DNA from: Raphidiopsis brookii D9
Lineage (GTDB): Bacteria; Cyanobacteriota; Cyanobacteriia; Cyanobacteriales; Nostocaceae
Direction: 5' to 3'
Assembly: GCA_000175855.1 (NCBI GenBank)
Contig: ACYB01000022.1
Coordinates: forward strand, 1-32,000
DNA length: 32,000 bases
Position 1 is the first letter of the stretch. Each line of letters begins with the position of its first letter. A model generated the notes under the pieces. That model searched no databases. It saw nothing but the letters and a program-made list of their open reading frames with translations, and was not told the DNA's origin. Shown one piece after another: positions 20,928 to 29,890 of the stretch. The position numbers were made by a program, and so were the translations under genes.

Positions 20928-23564
20928 CTATTTCAAGGACCCTAACAAATTATCTTTAGCACTTTCTAAAGCTTGTGGTAACTTACTAGCATCCCTACCT
21001 CCAGCTTGGGCAAGATTGGGTTTTCCACCACCTCCCCCACCACAGAGTTTTGCTATGTTACCAACAAACTTGCCAGCTTGCAAACCTTTTTCATTAACAT
21101 GAGAACTAAATGCAGCGACTATACTAACCTTTCCAGGTTCAGGAATGGAAGCTAAAACCACTGCTCCATTGACAATTTTTTGCAATAGTCTTTCAGCAGC
21201 ATCCTTGAGGGATTCTGGATCAATATCGGTCATTTGTGCCACAATAATTTTATGTTCCCCTACTACCTGGGCGGTTTGTAATAAACTATCGGATTTAACT
21301 ATAGCCAACTGGGACTTGAGATTTTGAATTACCTTCTCATTGTGGCGAAGCTCAGTTTGTAAAATGGTGATTCTATCGGGAATTTCCTCCGGTTTGACCT
21401 TAAATCGGTTACTTAGGTCCTTGACCACCTGATCGCGGATATTTAAATAGTCCAAAACTGCTGCACCAGATACTGCTTCTATTCTTCTGATTCCCGCAGA
21501 AACTCCCACTTGAGAAATAATTTTGAAAACCCCAATTTCTCCAGTGTTATTTACATGGGTTCCCCCACATAACTCCATAGAAACACCAGGGAAATCTATT
21601 ACCCGCACGTGGTCACCATATTTCTCCCCAAACATGGCCACCGCACCTCTAGCTTTCGCTTCTGGTAATGGTAATATCTCCACCTGAGCTGGATGTGCTT
21701 GAGAAATCCAAGCATTTACCAGATCCTCCACCTGTTGAACCTCATCTTCAGTTAAAGATCTAGAACAATTAAAATCAAATCTCAATCTGTCAAACGAAAC
21801 CAGAGAACCTGCTTGAGAAATTCCTTCATCTACAATTTTCTTTAGTGCAGCTTGTAATAAATGAGTTGCGGTGTGATTAGCTTGGGCGCGACGACGATTA
21901 CCAGTGTCAACTTGAGCAGTTACACTATCCCCCACTTTCACCGTACCCCTTTCTATTTTGCCAAAATGAATAAAGAAATCCGATTCTTTTTTGACATCTT
22001 CAATTCTGATTAAAAGTCCGTCACCGGAAATATAACCTTGGTCTCCAATTTGTCCACCAGATTCCGCATAAAATGGGGTTTTATCCAGGACAATTTGCAC
22101 GTTAGTTCCCCCTGTTGCTGTTGCTTGGGCAATACCTTCCACTAACAAGACGGCAATTTTGGCTGTTGTAGCTAATTGTCTATAACCAATAAACTCGGTA
22201 GAGTGAATATGTTCTGCTAGTTTATCTAGGGAACCCTGGACTGTTAAATCAATGGTTTCGTGTGCAGCTTTTGCACGTTCTATTTGCTTGTGCATTTCTG
22301 TATTGAACCCTTCCACATCCACGCTTAGACTTTGCTCTTGGGCAATTTCTTGGGTTAGTTCTAAGGGAAAACCGTAGGTATCATATAGGGTAAAAGCACT
22401 TTCCCCAGAAATGACAGTTAAACCCTGTTGTTTTACCTCTTGAATAATTTCCCCCAGTAGTTTTTCTCCCCTGTCCAAAGTTTTTAAAAAGTTACCTTCT
22501 TCCCGTTGTAGTTCAGCTTTAATAACTGTTTCTCTTTGGCGTAAATGGGGATACACCGACTGGGAAAGGGAAATTGCCGTTTCTGCAACTTGGTTGATAA
22601 ATTCTCCAGGAATTCCTATTAATCTTCCATGTCTAACAACCCGACGAATCAACCGACGCAAAATATATCCCCTACCAACGTTAGATGCACGAATTTCATC
22701 GGCGATCATGTGTACTACAGCCCGCACATGGTCACCAATAACTTTTAGGGAAACTTTGGTATTTTCGTCACTGTCATGATAGTTGATTTTGGCAATTTTT
22801 GCTGCAGTTTCAATAATAGGAAAAATCAGATCTGTTTCATAATTATTGGGAACTTTTTGGAGAATTTGTGCCATTCTCTCCAAACCCATGCCAGTATCAA
22901 TGTTTTTATTTTGTAAGGGTGTTAAATTTCCAGATATATCCCGATTATACTGCATAAACACCAAATTATAAAACTCGATAAATCGGGTATCATCTTCTAA
23001 ATCAATATGATCATCTCCCAGTTCTGGGTGAAAATCATAATAAATTTCTGAACAAGGACCACAAGGACCTGTTGGACCAGAAACCCAAAAGTTGTCGTCA
23101 GCACCCATCCGCTTAATGCGTTTTTCTGGGACACCAATTTGTTGTTGCCAAATATTAAAGGCCTCGTCATCGTCTTCAAATACACTGACCACTAATCTTT
23201 CCGGAGGTAATCCAAAAACCTGTGTGGATATTTCCCACCCCCAAGCAATTGCTTGTTCTTTGAAATAGTCACCAAAACTAAAATTCCCTAACATTTCAAA
23301 AAATGTGTGATGGCGTTTTGTCCTTCCCACATTTTCAATGTCATTAGTACGAATACATTTTTGTGATGTAGTAGCTCGTTTGAATTCTGCTGTGCGCTGT
23401 CCTAAAAATATGGGTTTAAACGGCAACATACCCGCAATCGTCAGCAGCACTGTGGGATCTTCTGGTACTAGGGAAGCGCTGGGGAGGGGTTGGTGTTGTC
23501 TTTGGGTGTAAAAGTCGAGGAATAGTTGACGAATATGGTTACCGCTAAGATACTTTGATGACAT
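20928..23564 (-). CDS. alaS: Alanyl-tRNA synthetase
   Basis: 878 aa; SGNHIRQLFLDFYTQRQHQPLPSASLVPEDPTVLLT; TATHLLQAALK; MELCGGTHV; C-terminal GGGGKPNLAQAGG. Confidence 0.98.
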   Translation of the reverse strand: MSSKYLSGNHIRQLFLDFYTQRQHQPLPSASLVPEDPTVLLTIAGMLPFKPIFLGQRTAEFKRATTSQKCIRTNDIENVGRTKRHHTFFEMLGNFSFGDYFKEQAIAWGWEISTQVFGLPPERLVVSVFEDDDEAFNIWQQQIGVPEKRIKRMGADDNFWVSGPTGPCGPCSEIYYDFHPELGDDHIDLEDDTRFIEFYNLVFMQYNRDISGNLTPLQNKNIDTGMGLERMAQILQKVPNNYETDLIFPIIETAAKIAKINYHDSDENTKVSLKVIGDHVRAVVHMIADEIRASNVGRGYILRRLIRRVVRHGRLIGIPGEFINQVAETAISLSQSVYPHLRQRETVIKAELQREEGNFLKTLDRGEKLLGEIIQEVKQQGLTVISGESAFTLYDTYGFPLELTQEIAQEQSLSVDVEGFNTEMHKQIERAKAAHETIDLTVQGSLDKLAEHIHSTEFIGYRQLATTAKIAVLLVEGIAQATATGGTNVQIVLDKTPFYAESGGQIGDQGYISGDGLLIRIEDVKKESDFFIHFGKIERGTVKVGDSVTAQVDTGNRRRAQANHTATHLLQAALKKIVDEGISQAGSLVSFDRLRFDFNCSRSLTEDEVQQVEDLVNAWISQAHPAQVEILPLPEAKARGAVAMFGEKYGDHVRVIDFPGVSMELCGGTHVNNTGEIGVFKIISQVGVSAGIRRIEAVSGAAVLDYLNIRDQVVKDLSNRFKVKPEEIPDRITILQTELRHNEKVIQNLKSQLAIVKSDSLLQTAQVVGEHKIIVAQMTDIDPESLKDAAERLLQKIVNGAVVLASIPEPGKVSIVAAFSSHVNEKGLQAGKFVGNIAKLCGGGGGGKPNLAQAGGRDASKLPQALESAKDNLLGSLK

Positions 23565-23640
23565 GAGGTTTGATAAAATCTATTTTTAGTTGATGAGGCC
23601 AATATGACTATGTTAGTCTTATTTGATTGGTTAGTGGTAA

Positions 23641-24309
23641 TCAAGCAATCAATTTTTTGCACTCTTCCACATCCAATCTGTTTCTCATAGCTTGCACTAG
23701 ATGTTGGTAGGTGTGCCAATTTTGCTCGAGCAAATTTTTGGCTTGTAATAAATGAAATCTTTGTTTCTGTTCAAAAAGTGTTTCTTGAAAACCTAGGACT
23801 GTCAAAAATTGATTTAATTTGGCTTTATCATCACCCCCACCTTCTGCGGAATTAAAAACCAACAGTTCTGCTGCTATCCCGGCCATCCAGATATTACAAT
23901 ATTTTTCCACCATAGAAACTCCTATTTTTCCTCGCTCTAATTGTTTGGCAATTTCATCGTCTCCTAAAATTATTCCCCCTTGTCCTGGTTGTCCAACTTT
24001 CCATGCTTCCCATGCACTTAGGGTGTATCCTGTAACGGTGATTCCTAACAGGTGAGCAACTAAAAAGTGTCCCGCTTCATGATAGATAATTCGCTCTTTA
24101 TAGGTCGGTGAAAATCTGGCTAACCAATCCAAAAATATGGTTCCTCCCCTCCCCTCGAATCGAAAATTATCTAAGGTGGCAATTCCTAAGAATCCTAATA
24201 TGGTTAGTGCAGGAATGGTGGGTGACAGGTGGATTAGTGGACCCAATAGGGTAGATAGGGTCATCAAAAAAACACAGATGGCTATTAGATTAATGGCGGT
24301 TTGATTCAT
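23641..24309 (-). CDS. M41 (FtsH-like) zinc protease domain protein lacking the AAA+ ATPase domain
   Basis: Hydrophobic N-terminus, then YHEAGHFLVAHLLGI (HExxH) and EGGGDDKAK candidate third-ligand region; 222 aa in total. Confidence 0.75.
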   Translation of the reverse strand: MNQTAINLIAICVFLMTLSTLLGPLIHLSPTIPALTILGFLGIATLDNFRFEGRGGTIFLDWLARFSPTYKERIIYHEAGHFLVAHLLGITVTGYTLSAWEAWKVGQPGQGGIILGDDEIAKQLERGKIGVSMVEKYCNIWMAGIAAELLVFNSAEGGGDDKAKLNQFLTVLGFQETLFEQKQRFHLLQAKNLLEQNWHTYQHLVQAMRNRLDVEECKKLIA

Positions 24310-24363
24310 GGTACCAAAAAAAACAGTAAAAAAAGAGTTTAATAGTTAATTTTACCATCTTGG

Positions 24364-25152
24364 TCAATTCCAAAACTGCCGAAAATCTTCATCTTCATCG
24401 CTTAATTTCACCCATTCCAAATTCAATGATTCTAGTTTCTTCACTAAACAATCACAAGCTGGACGCTCTGTTGCATAATGACCAGCATCAATTAAAATCA
24501 GTCCCTGATCTCTACTCTCTTGAAATTGATGGAACTTACAGTCAGCAGTTAAGTAGACTTGAGCTTTTGTTTTTACTACTGCGGAAATAAATCCAGCTCC
24601 GGATCCCCCCAAAACTGCTACTCTCCATATTTCTTCCCCAAGATTACCATGGGGTGAAAAAATCAGTTTTGGTGGTTTTAGTTTGGCTTGAATTATTTTT
24701 AGTAGTTCTTCTAGTTTTATAGCTGGATCTAATTTGCCTACTCTACCATAGCCTAAACCTAATTGTGTAGGCACTATGGGTAATACCTCTTTTAAATCTA
24801 AAATCTTACTTAAAACATCCCCTGTTCCATCCTCTACTTGATCAAAGTTTGTATGGGCACTATATATACCTATGTTGTGGGCAAAAGCCAGCTTGAGAAT
24901 TTCTCCTACTGGTTCCCCAACCTGTATGGATTTGAGTGGATGAAAAATCAGCGGATGATGGGCAAATATCAAGTTCGCTTTTAAGGCGATCGCTTCTTTT
25001 ACTACTGCCAAGGTAGGGGTTAAACAGACTAATACTCGTGACTTTTGTTCTAAAATTCCTGGTTGGATTTGCCAACCACAATTGTCCCAACTTTCGCTCC
25101 AAGCTGGATTTGCCCATTCTTCAAACCAGGCAATTAAATCTACAATTTTCAT
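24364..25152 (-). CDS. NIF3-like (DUF34) dinuclear metal-centre protein
   Basis: WDNCGWQIQPG; NLIFAHHPLIFHPLKSI; IYSAHTNFDQVEDGTGDVLS; DAGHYATE. Confidence 0.9.
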   Translation of the reverse strand: MKIVDLIAWFEEWANPAWSESWDNCGWQIQPGILEQKSRVLVCLTPTLAVVKEAIALKANLIFAHHPLIFHPLKSIQVGEPVGEILKLAFAHNIGIYSAHTNFDQVEDGTGDVLSKILDLKEVLPIVPTQLGLGYGRVGKLDPAIKLEELLKIIQAKLKPPKLIFSPHGNLGEEIWRVAVLGGSGAGFISAVVKTKAQVYLTADCKFHQFQESRDQGLILIDAGHYATERPACDCLVKKLESLNLEWVKLSDEDEDFRQFWN

Positions 25153-25164
25153 CTTTTGATAACC

Positions 25165-25578
25165 TTAACCGGAAATGTGGACCACTAACTCCCTATTGTG
25201 ATTGTACTCACGATGTTCCCAAATATAAATGGCTTGCCATGTGCCCAAGACTAAATTTCCGTTGTTAATGGGAATACTTTCACTAGTACGGGTTAAAACT
25301 GTTTTTATATGTCCTGGCATATCGTCTGGACCTTCAGCGTCATGTATGTAGTAATTTCCTTCTGGGACTAATTTCGACATGAAATTTGCCAAATCCCTCA
25401 ACACATCAGGATCAGCATTCTCCTGAATAATTAAACTTGCTGAGGTGTGTCTCAAAAATAAGGTACAAAGTCCAGTTTTCACCCCGGATTCAGTCACAAG
25501 AGCTGCTATTTTTGCTGTGATATTCTGAAATGATTTACCTGTGGTAGCTATTCTTAGTAATTTTTGATATTGTGTCAT
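25165..25578 (-). CDS. YjbQ/UPF0047 family protein
   Basis: TGLCTLFLRHTSASLIIQENADPDV and EGPDDMPGHIK motifs. Confidence 0.92.
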   Translation of the reverse strand: MTQYQKLLRIATTGKSFQNITAKIAALVTESGVKTGLCTLFLRHTSASLIIQENADPDVLRDLANFMSKLVPEGNYYIHDAEGPDDMPGHIKTVLTRTSESIPINNGNLVLGTWQAIYIWEHREYNHNRELVVHISG

Positions 25579-25583
25579 GTCGG

Positions 25584-26669
25584 TTAACTACTTTCTTGCA
25601 AATAATTTATTACTGCTTTGGCTAGGGTTTCATTGCCATTCTTGTCTATGGGTTGTGATTGTTTCGGTGGTTGAGGTGATTCATGTAGAAAATCCCAGTC
25701 TCCCCCAAACAATTCCCTAGGATGAATAATTTGATGGTGATGATAGTTCTCAATCCCCTCTAATAAAAAGACTCCCTCAGCAAATTCATCGCGGGGTATG
25801 GTAATAATAGGTACTCCCAAAAGTATGGCTTCAGCAAAGGTACTATATCCCGGTTTGGAAACTATTTTACCACAAATTGGCATGAAGTCCACGGGACGAT
25901 ATTGGCGATTTTCTATTTTGATTAAGTTGGGTAAATTCGGTGCTTTAGCGTCAGGAGTGATAAATTGCCAATCGGGAAATTGGCTAATATTGTTATATGG
26001 TATGGCTTGTATACCCAAACCCCCAAATGTTAATAGGATGGTTTTTTCCGGGGGGGTATGTATTCCCCAATGACTGCGTATTTCTTCGGGACTAAATTTG
26101 GCAGATCCCCCAGTTAAACCTATATCTCTCACCTGGGGAAAAGCTGACATTGGTTCATGAAATGGCAATCGCCATAATAAGTCACTTTCATGATACCAAT
26201 CTCTAATCCAGTTAGCAATTTCTGTAAATTCTCCCCCCCAGTCTTCATAAATAAAGTCCCAACCAAAGTTACTAATCATCCAACAGGGAATATTCGCCGC
26301 TTTGGCAAATCCCCCAGCTAGAAAGGGAACATCTGCTAAGATTAAATCAACCCGATTTTGCTTCAGAAAATTCACTTCCCTGGCAATTAGTGAATTTTGC
26401 TGCTTTTTAATTTCTCTTAGTTTTTCCAAGGTGGTTTTTTTATCCATTATTAAACTGTCGGCTTGAATTACACCGACATCAAATGCTACTTGTCTCCAGA
26501 TGAAGTCTCCCGGAATATAGGAATCTAACAACCACCTGGGTGCAGTAGTGGCAAGAATTAGGAGCACATCAGGACACAATTTTTGTATCGTTGCTGCTAT
26601 TGATGCCGTACGGGTAGTATGACCAAATCCATGGTTAGTGATGCTTATATAGACAGTTGGTCGTTTCAT
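25584..26669 (-). CDS. MurG/GT28-like glycosyltransferase family protein
   Basis: ISITNHGFGHTTRTASIAATIQ N-terminal motif; KPGYSTFAEAILLGVPIITIPRDEFAEG C-terminal donor-binding region. Confidence 0.82.
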   Translation of the reverse strand: MKRPTVYISITNHGFGHTTRTASIAATIQKLCPDVLLILATTAPRWLLDSYIPGDFIWRQVAFDVGVIQADSLIMDKKTTLEKLREIKKQQNSLIAREVNFLKQNRVDLILADVPFLAGGFAKAANIPCWMISNFGWDFIYEDWGGEFTEIANWIRDWYHESDLLWRLPFHEPMSAFPQVRDIGLTGGSAKFSPEEIRSHWGIHTPPEKTILLTFGGLGIQAIPYNNISQFPDWQFITPDAKAPNLPNLIKIENRQYRPVDFMPICGKIVSKPGYSTFAEAILLGVPIITIPRDEFAEGVFLLEGIENYHHHQIIHPRELFGGDWDFLHESPQPPKQSQPIDKNGNETLAKAVINYLQESS

Positions 26670-26683
26670 ATTATTATTTCATA

Positions 26684-27904
26684 CTAGTTACTTTGTACTT
26701 TCATGAACTCTTGGATGGATCCTATTAGTTCATCCATTTCTGATTCCAAGGTCAGGTAATGAATACTTACTCGAATGCAGTTGGGATTGGCAATTGTCCG
26801 AGTGAGAATTTTTACGGGTGGTAAGGAAGATTCCAGATATTGGACCAATTTGCTACTAGGCTGATTATTGGTCATTTGGAAGGAAACTAAACCACTTGCA
26901 GGTGGGGAATCTTTTAAGCATTTGATCTGAGGTACTTCTGTTAGTTTTTGCCACAGATAGGCGCTTTTATGGCAAATTTGTTCATACCTTTCTTCTACCG
27001 TTCCCCATTCATTATGTGTGGCGATCGCCTCTCTTAAACCACTATACAATGGTACTGACAGGGTGGAAACTTCATATCTTCTACCATCCGGTTGCCAACC
27101 TATGGGTTGTGCTTGTGAATTGGTAACTACTCCATCTAAACCAATAAAAGTCGGTTGTAATTGTTCCCTGGCTTGGGGATGGACATACAAACCTCCCACA
27201 CCTGCAGGACCGCATAACCATTTATGTCCAGTAAAAGCATAGAAATCTACTCCCAGTTCTGTTAAACTTGTTAGATTATTTAAGGGGAGAACTCCCACAG
27301 ACTGGGCTCCATCCACCAACACCAAGCAATTATTTCCCCTACTGGGTTCCTTACACAACTTGACTATTTTGTCAAGAGGTAAAACCTGACCAGTATTCCA
27401 TAAAACATGACTTAAAACCACTAATCTGGTGCCAGGTCTTAGATTTTCGGCAATAACACTAACAGGATCTCCCAGGTTCAAGGTCTCCATTAGGGGAAAA
27501 GTGGAAACTTCTACCCCAAACCTCCGACTAATTTCTCTAGCAGTCCCAATTACCCCCGGGTGCTCACAGTCGGAAATTAGTAAGTGGTCACCAACTTGCC
27601 AATTGATTCCCCACATACTAATGTTACACCCAACCGTGACATTCCCCGTGAGAGTAATAGTATCTTTTGTTACTCCTAAAATAGAGGCGATCGCTTCTCT
27701 GGTAGACTGCATTTGAGGTGATATCCAGCTATAAACCTCAGATCCAAAAGGTCCCATTTCCTGGATATATTCTTGGGTGCGGGTGACAGCATCCATTGCG
27801 CTTTGAGGCATTGGTCCTTGTCCCCCATAATTGAAATAAATCTTGTTTGTGAGAGCTGGAAACTTTTGGCGATGGTGATGCAACATAAAAGTACTCGTTA
27901 ACAC
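26684..27904 (-). CDS. PLP-dependent class V aminotransferase-fold enzyme (cysteine desulfurase / cystine C-S lyase-like)
   Basis: FPALTNKIYFNYGGQGPMPQSAMDAV; LVLVDGAQSVGVLPL; FYAFTGHKWLCGPAGVGGLYV (PLP Lys). Internal ATG (MLHHHRQKF) possibly the real start. Confidence 0.85.
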   Translation of the reverse strand: MLTSTFMLHHHRQKFPALTNKIYFNYGGQGPMPQSAMDAVTRTQEYIQEMGPFGSEVYSWISPQMQSTREAIASILGVTKDTITLTGNVTVGCNISMWGINWQVGDHLLISDCEHPGVIGTAREISRRFGVEVSTFPLMETLNLGDPVSVIAENLRPGTRLVVLSHVLWNTGQVLPLDKIVKLCKEPSRGNNCLVLVDGAQSVGVLPLNNLTSLTELGVDFYAFTGHKWLCGPAGVGGLYVHPQAREQLQPTFIGLDGVVTNSQAQPIGWQPDGRRYEVSTLSVPLYSGLREAIATHNEWGTVEERYEQICHKSAYLWQKLTEVPQIKCLKDSPPASGLVSFQMTNNQPSSKLVQYLESSLPPVKILTRTIANPNCIRVSIHYLTLESEMDELIGSIQEFMKVQSN

Positions 27905-27954
27905 GGTTCTAGGAAAGGTTAGGGAAAATTTAATTTAAGTCTAATTTTAATTTA

Positions 27955-29403
27955 ATGATCATTAATGCTGAACTTCTCCTTCAATATCAACGGTGTAAAC
28001 GAAGATCTTTCTTGGATGTTCACGGCGATTATCAGCAACGTGATATTCCCCATGAGCTGTTGGTAAAAATGCAGCAAGACAAGATTACACATAGGGAAAG
28101 TGTGTTAGAACACTTAATCTACGATCAACCTGACTATCCCCCTCGAAACTGGGAAATGGGTGCAGCAGCAACTATTAGGTTAATGCAGCAGGGGGTTAAT
28201 ATGATCTACCGAGGAGTGTTGTTAGCAACTTACGAGGACAAGTATACCTTACTCAGTCGTCCGGATCTACTGGTTAAACAACCAGGGAAATCCAGTTTGG
28301 GAGATTGGTTATATGTACCCGTGGATATTCAACTAGGTAAACGTCCTAAACAAGAATATCAAGTGGTAGCTGCTTTTCACGCAGAAATTGTGGGAGCTTT
28401 ACAGGAGGTAATGTTAGCAGCATGTTGGCTAGTCTTACGCAGCAAGGAAACAATTTATGCCGTTGACTTGTATAAGTGGAGACCACAAATGTTAGATATT
28501 TTGGCGGACTATGTTCAGGTAATGAGTTCATCAGAAGCACCCGAAGTATTTATAGCTAGGCAAAAATGTAATCTTTGTCATTGGTACAATCATTGTTATA
28601 GTATTGCTCGAGAGCAGCAGCATCTTTCCTTATTACCGGGAGTGACACCAGTTCGTTATAATTATTTAAGAAGTAAATCTATTAATAGTTTAGACTTGCT
28701 TGCAAAAACCCAACCCAGTAGTTTAGAAAATGTCACTGGGTTTGATTATAAGATAGCGTGGAAGTTAGTAATACAGGCCCAGTCCACATTAAGACAAACC
28801 GCTTTAATACTACCCGAAACAGTGGTAAGAGGGAATCTAATATCTAATGTAGGCATTGAGCTATATTTTGATATTGAAGCTCAACCGGATTTAAATTTGA
28901 ATTATTTATTAGGGGTTTTAGTAGTTGATATAGAAAATAAGCAAGAAACATTTTATTCATTTTTAGCCACAAAACCCGAAGAAGAGGAATTAATTTGGCA
29001 GCAATTTGTGGATTTAGTTTGCCAATATCCCCATTCCCCCATTTATCACTTTTGTAATTATGAAGTAGAAACAGTAAATAAATTGGGGAAACTCTATGGC
29101 ACACCCGATAGTATAACTAGGATGATTCTCACTCGTTTTGTAGATATTTACGAGCAATTAATTGAAACCGTTGCTTTGCCAATAGAAAGTTATGCACTCA
29201 AAGCGATCGCCAATTGGTTAGGATTTACATGGCGAGATCCCAAAGCAAATGGTGCCAAATGTATTTATTGGTATGATCAATGGTTGGAAACAGGCGATCG
29301 GGAGTTTTTAAAAATGATTCAGGTTTACAATGAGGATGATTGTTATGCTACCCGTCGGGTGAAAGATTGGTTAGTTACCTTTACCAAAGATTTTTTGCTT
29401 TAA
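27955..29403 (+). CDS. TM0106-family RecB-like putative nuclease with C-terminal RNase H-like domain
   Basis: AELLLQYQRCKRRSFLDVHGD; PVDIQLGKRPKQEYQ; CNLCHWYNHC (Cas4/RecB-like Cys cluster); C-terminal YHFCNYEVETVNKLG...YNEDDCYATRRVKDWL. Confidence 0.85.
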   Translation: MIINAELLLQYQRCKRRSFLDVHGDYQQRDIPHELLVKMQQDKITHRESVLEHLIYDQPDYPPRNWEMGAAATIRLMQQGVNMIYRGVLLATYEDKYTLLSRPDLLVKQPGKSSLGDWLYVPVDIQLGKRPKQEYQVVAAFHAEIVGALQEVMLAACWLVLRSKETIYAVDLYKWRPQMLDILADYVQVMSSSEAPEVFIARQKCNLCHWYNHCYSIAREQQHLSLLPGVTPVRYNYLRSKSINSLDLLAKTQPSSLENVTGFDYKIAWKLVIQAQSTLRQTALILPETVVRGNLISNVGIELYFDIEAQPDLNLNYLLGVLVVDIENKQETFYSFLATKPEEEELIWQQFVDLVCQYPHSPIYHFCNYEVETVNKLGKLYGTPDSITRMILTRFVDIYEQLIETVALPIESYALKAIANWLGFTWRDPKANGAKCIYWYDQWLETGDREFLKMIQVYNEDDCYATRRVKDWLVTFTKDFLL

Positions 29404-29890
29404 AGCTAAAGTGCGCGGTCGTCCGGTTGTCCCAGAAAAACCTAAACCTGCGCGGAATATTTCTGGAATATAAAATCTGGTAGCTTCATCCTTATCCTTA
29501 TCTTCATAAATTACACCTATTTCTTCCAACACTCTGATAGTATTCTGGTCAGCTTTTAAGTGGTTTACATCAAAGGGAATTTTCTTTTCTGGTAATGAAG
29601 GCAGTGTTTTTTCTACCCAGGTTTTGAACTGAGGATATTCTTCTTTGACTTCTTCGACTTTCTCTTGACTACAGGGTTGGAGTGCTTGACGAATTGCTTG
29701 AGGGGGTAGCAATCGGGTAGAAAACCATTTTGTTGAGGTTTCCTTTGAGGTATCCAATGTACGACTGGTGGCAAAATATAAAAAGCGAATTATATCTCTA
29801 GCTTGCAGATTGCCCTTAAAATCAGTTAACGCAGCGAATATCCAGGAAGCTGTATTGGCTTCCTTTGATTTATCAGAACCTAGCTTCTGT
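29371..29890 (-). CDS. C-terminal segment of the large P-loop ATPase, displaced by a 1-nt shift
   Basis: The frame read from about 29890 gives QKLGSDKSKEANTASWIFAALTDFKGNLQARDIIRFLYFATSRTLDTSKETSTKWF...YIPEIFRAGLGFSGTTGRPRTLALKQKIFGKGN*, continuing the upstream protein after LMG. Confidence 0.7.

Larger units (their letters stand above)
4520..29210. repeat. Dispersed HIP1 octamers (GCGATCGC), about 19 copies
   Basis: Counted by eye, e.g. 4520-4527, 4622-4629, 6794-6801, 7021-7028, 8765-8772, 9808-9815, with others to about 29203. Fewer than one is expected by chance in 32 kb. Confidence 0.85.

Noticed and set aside
27429-27716. Plus-strand 95-aa ORF inside the class V PLP enzyme gene
   Set aside because: Antisense shadow ORF; no motif support.
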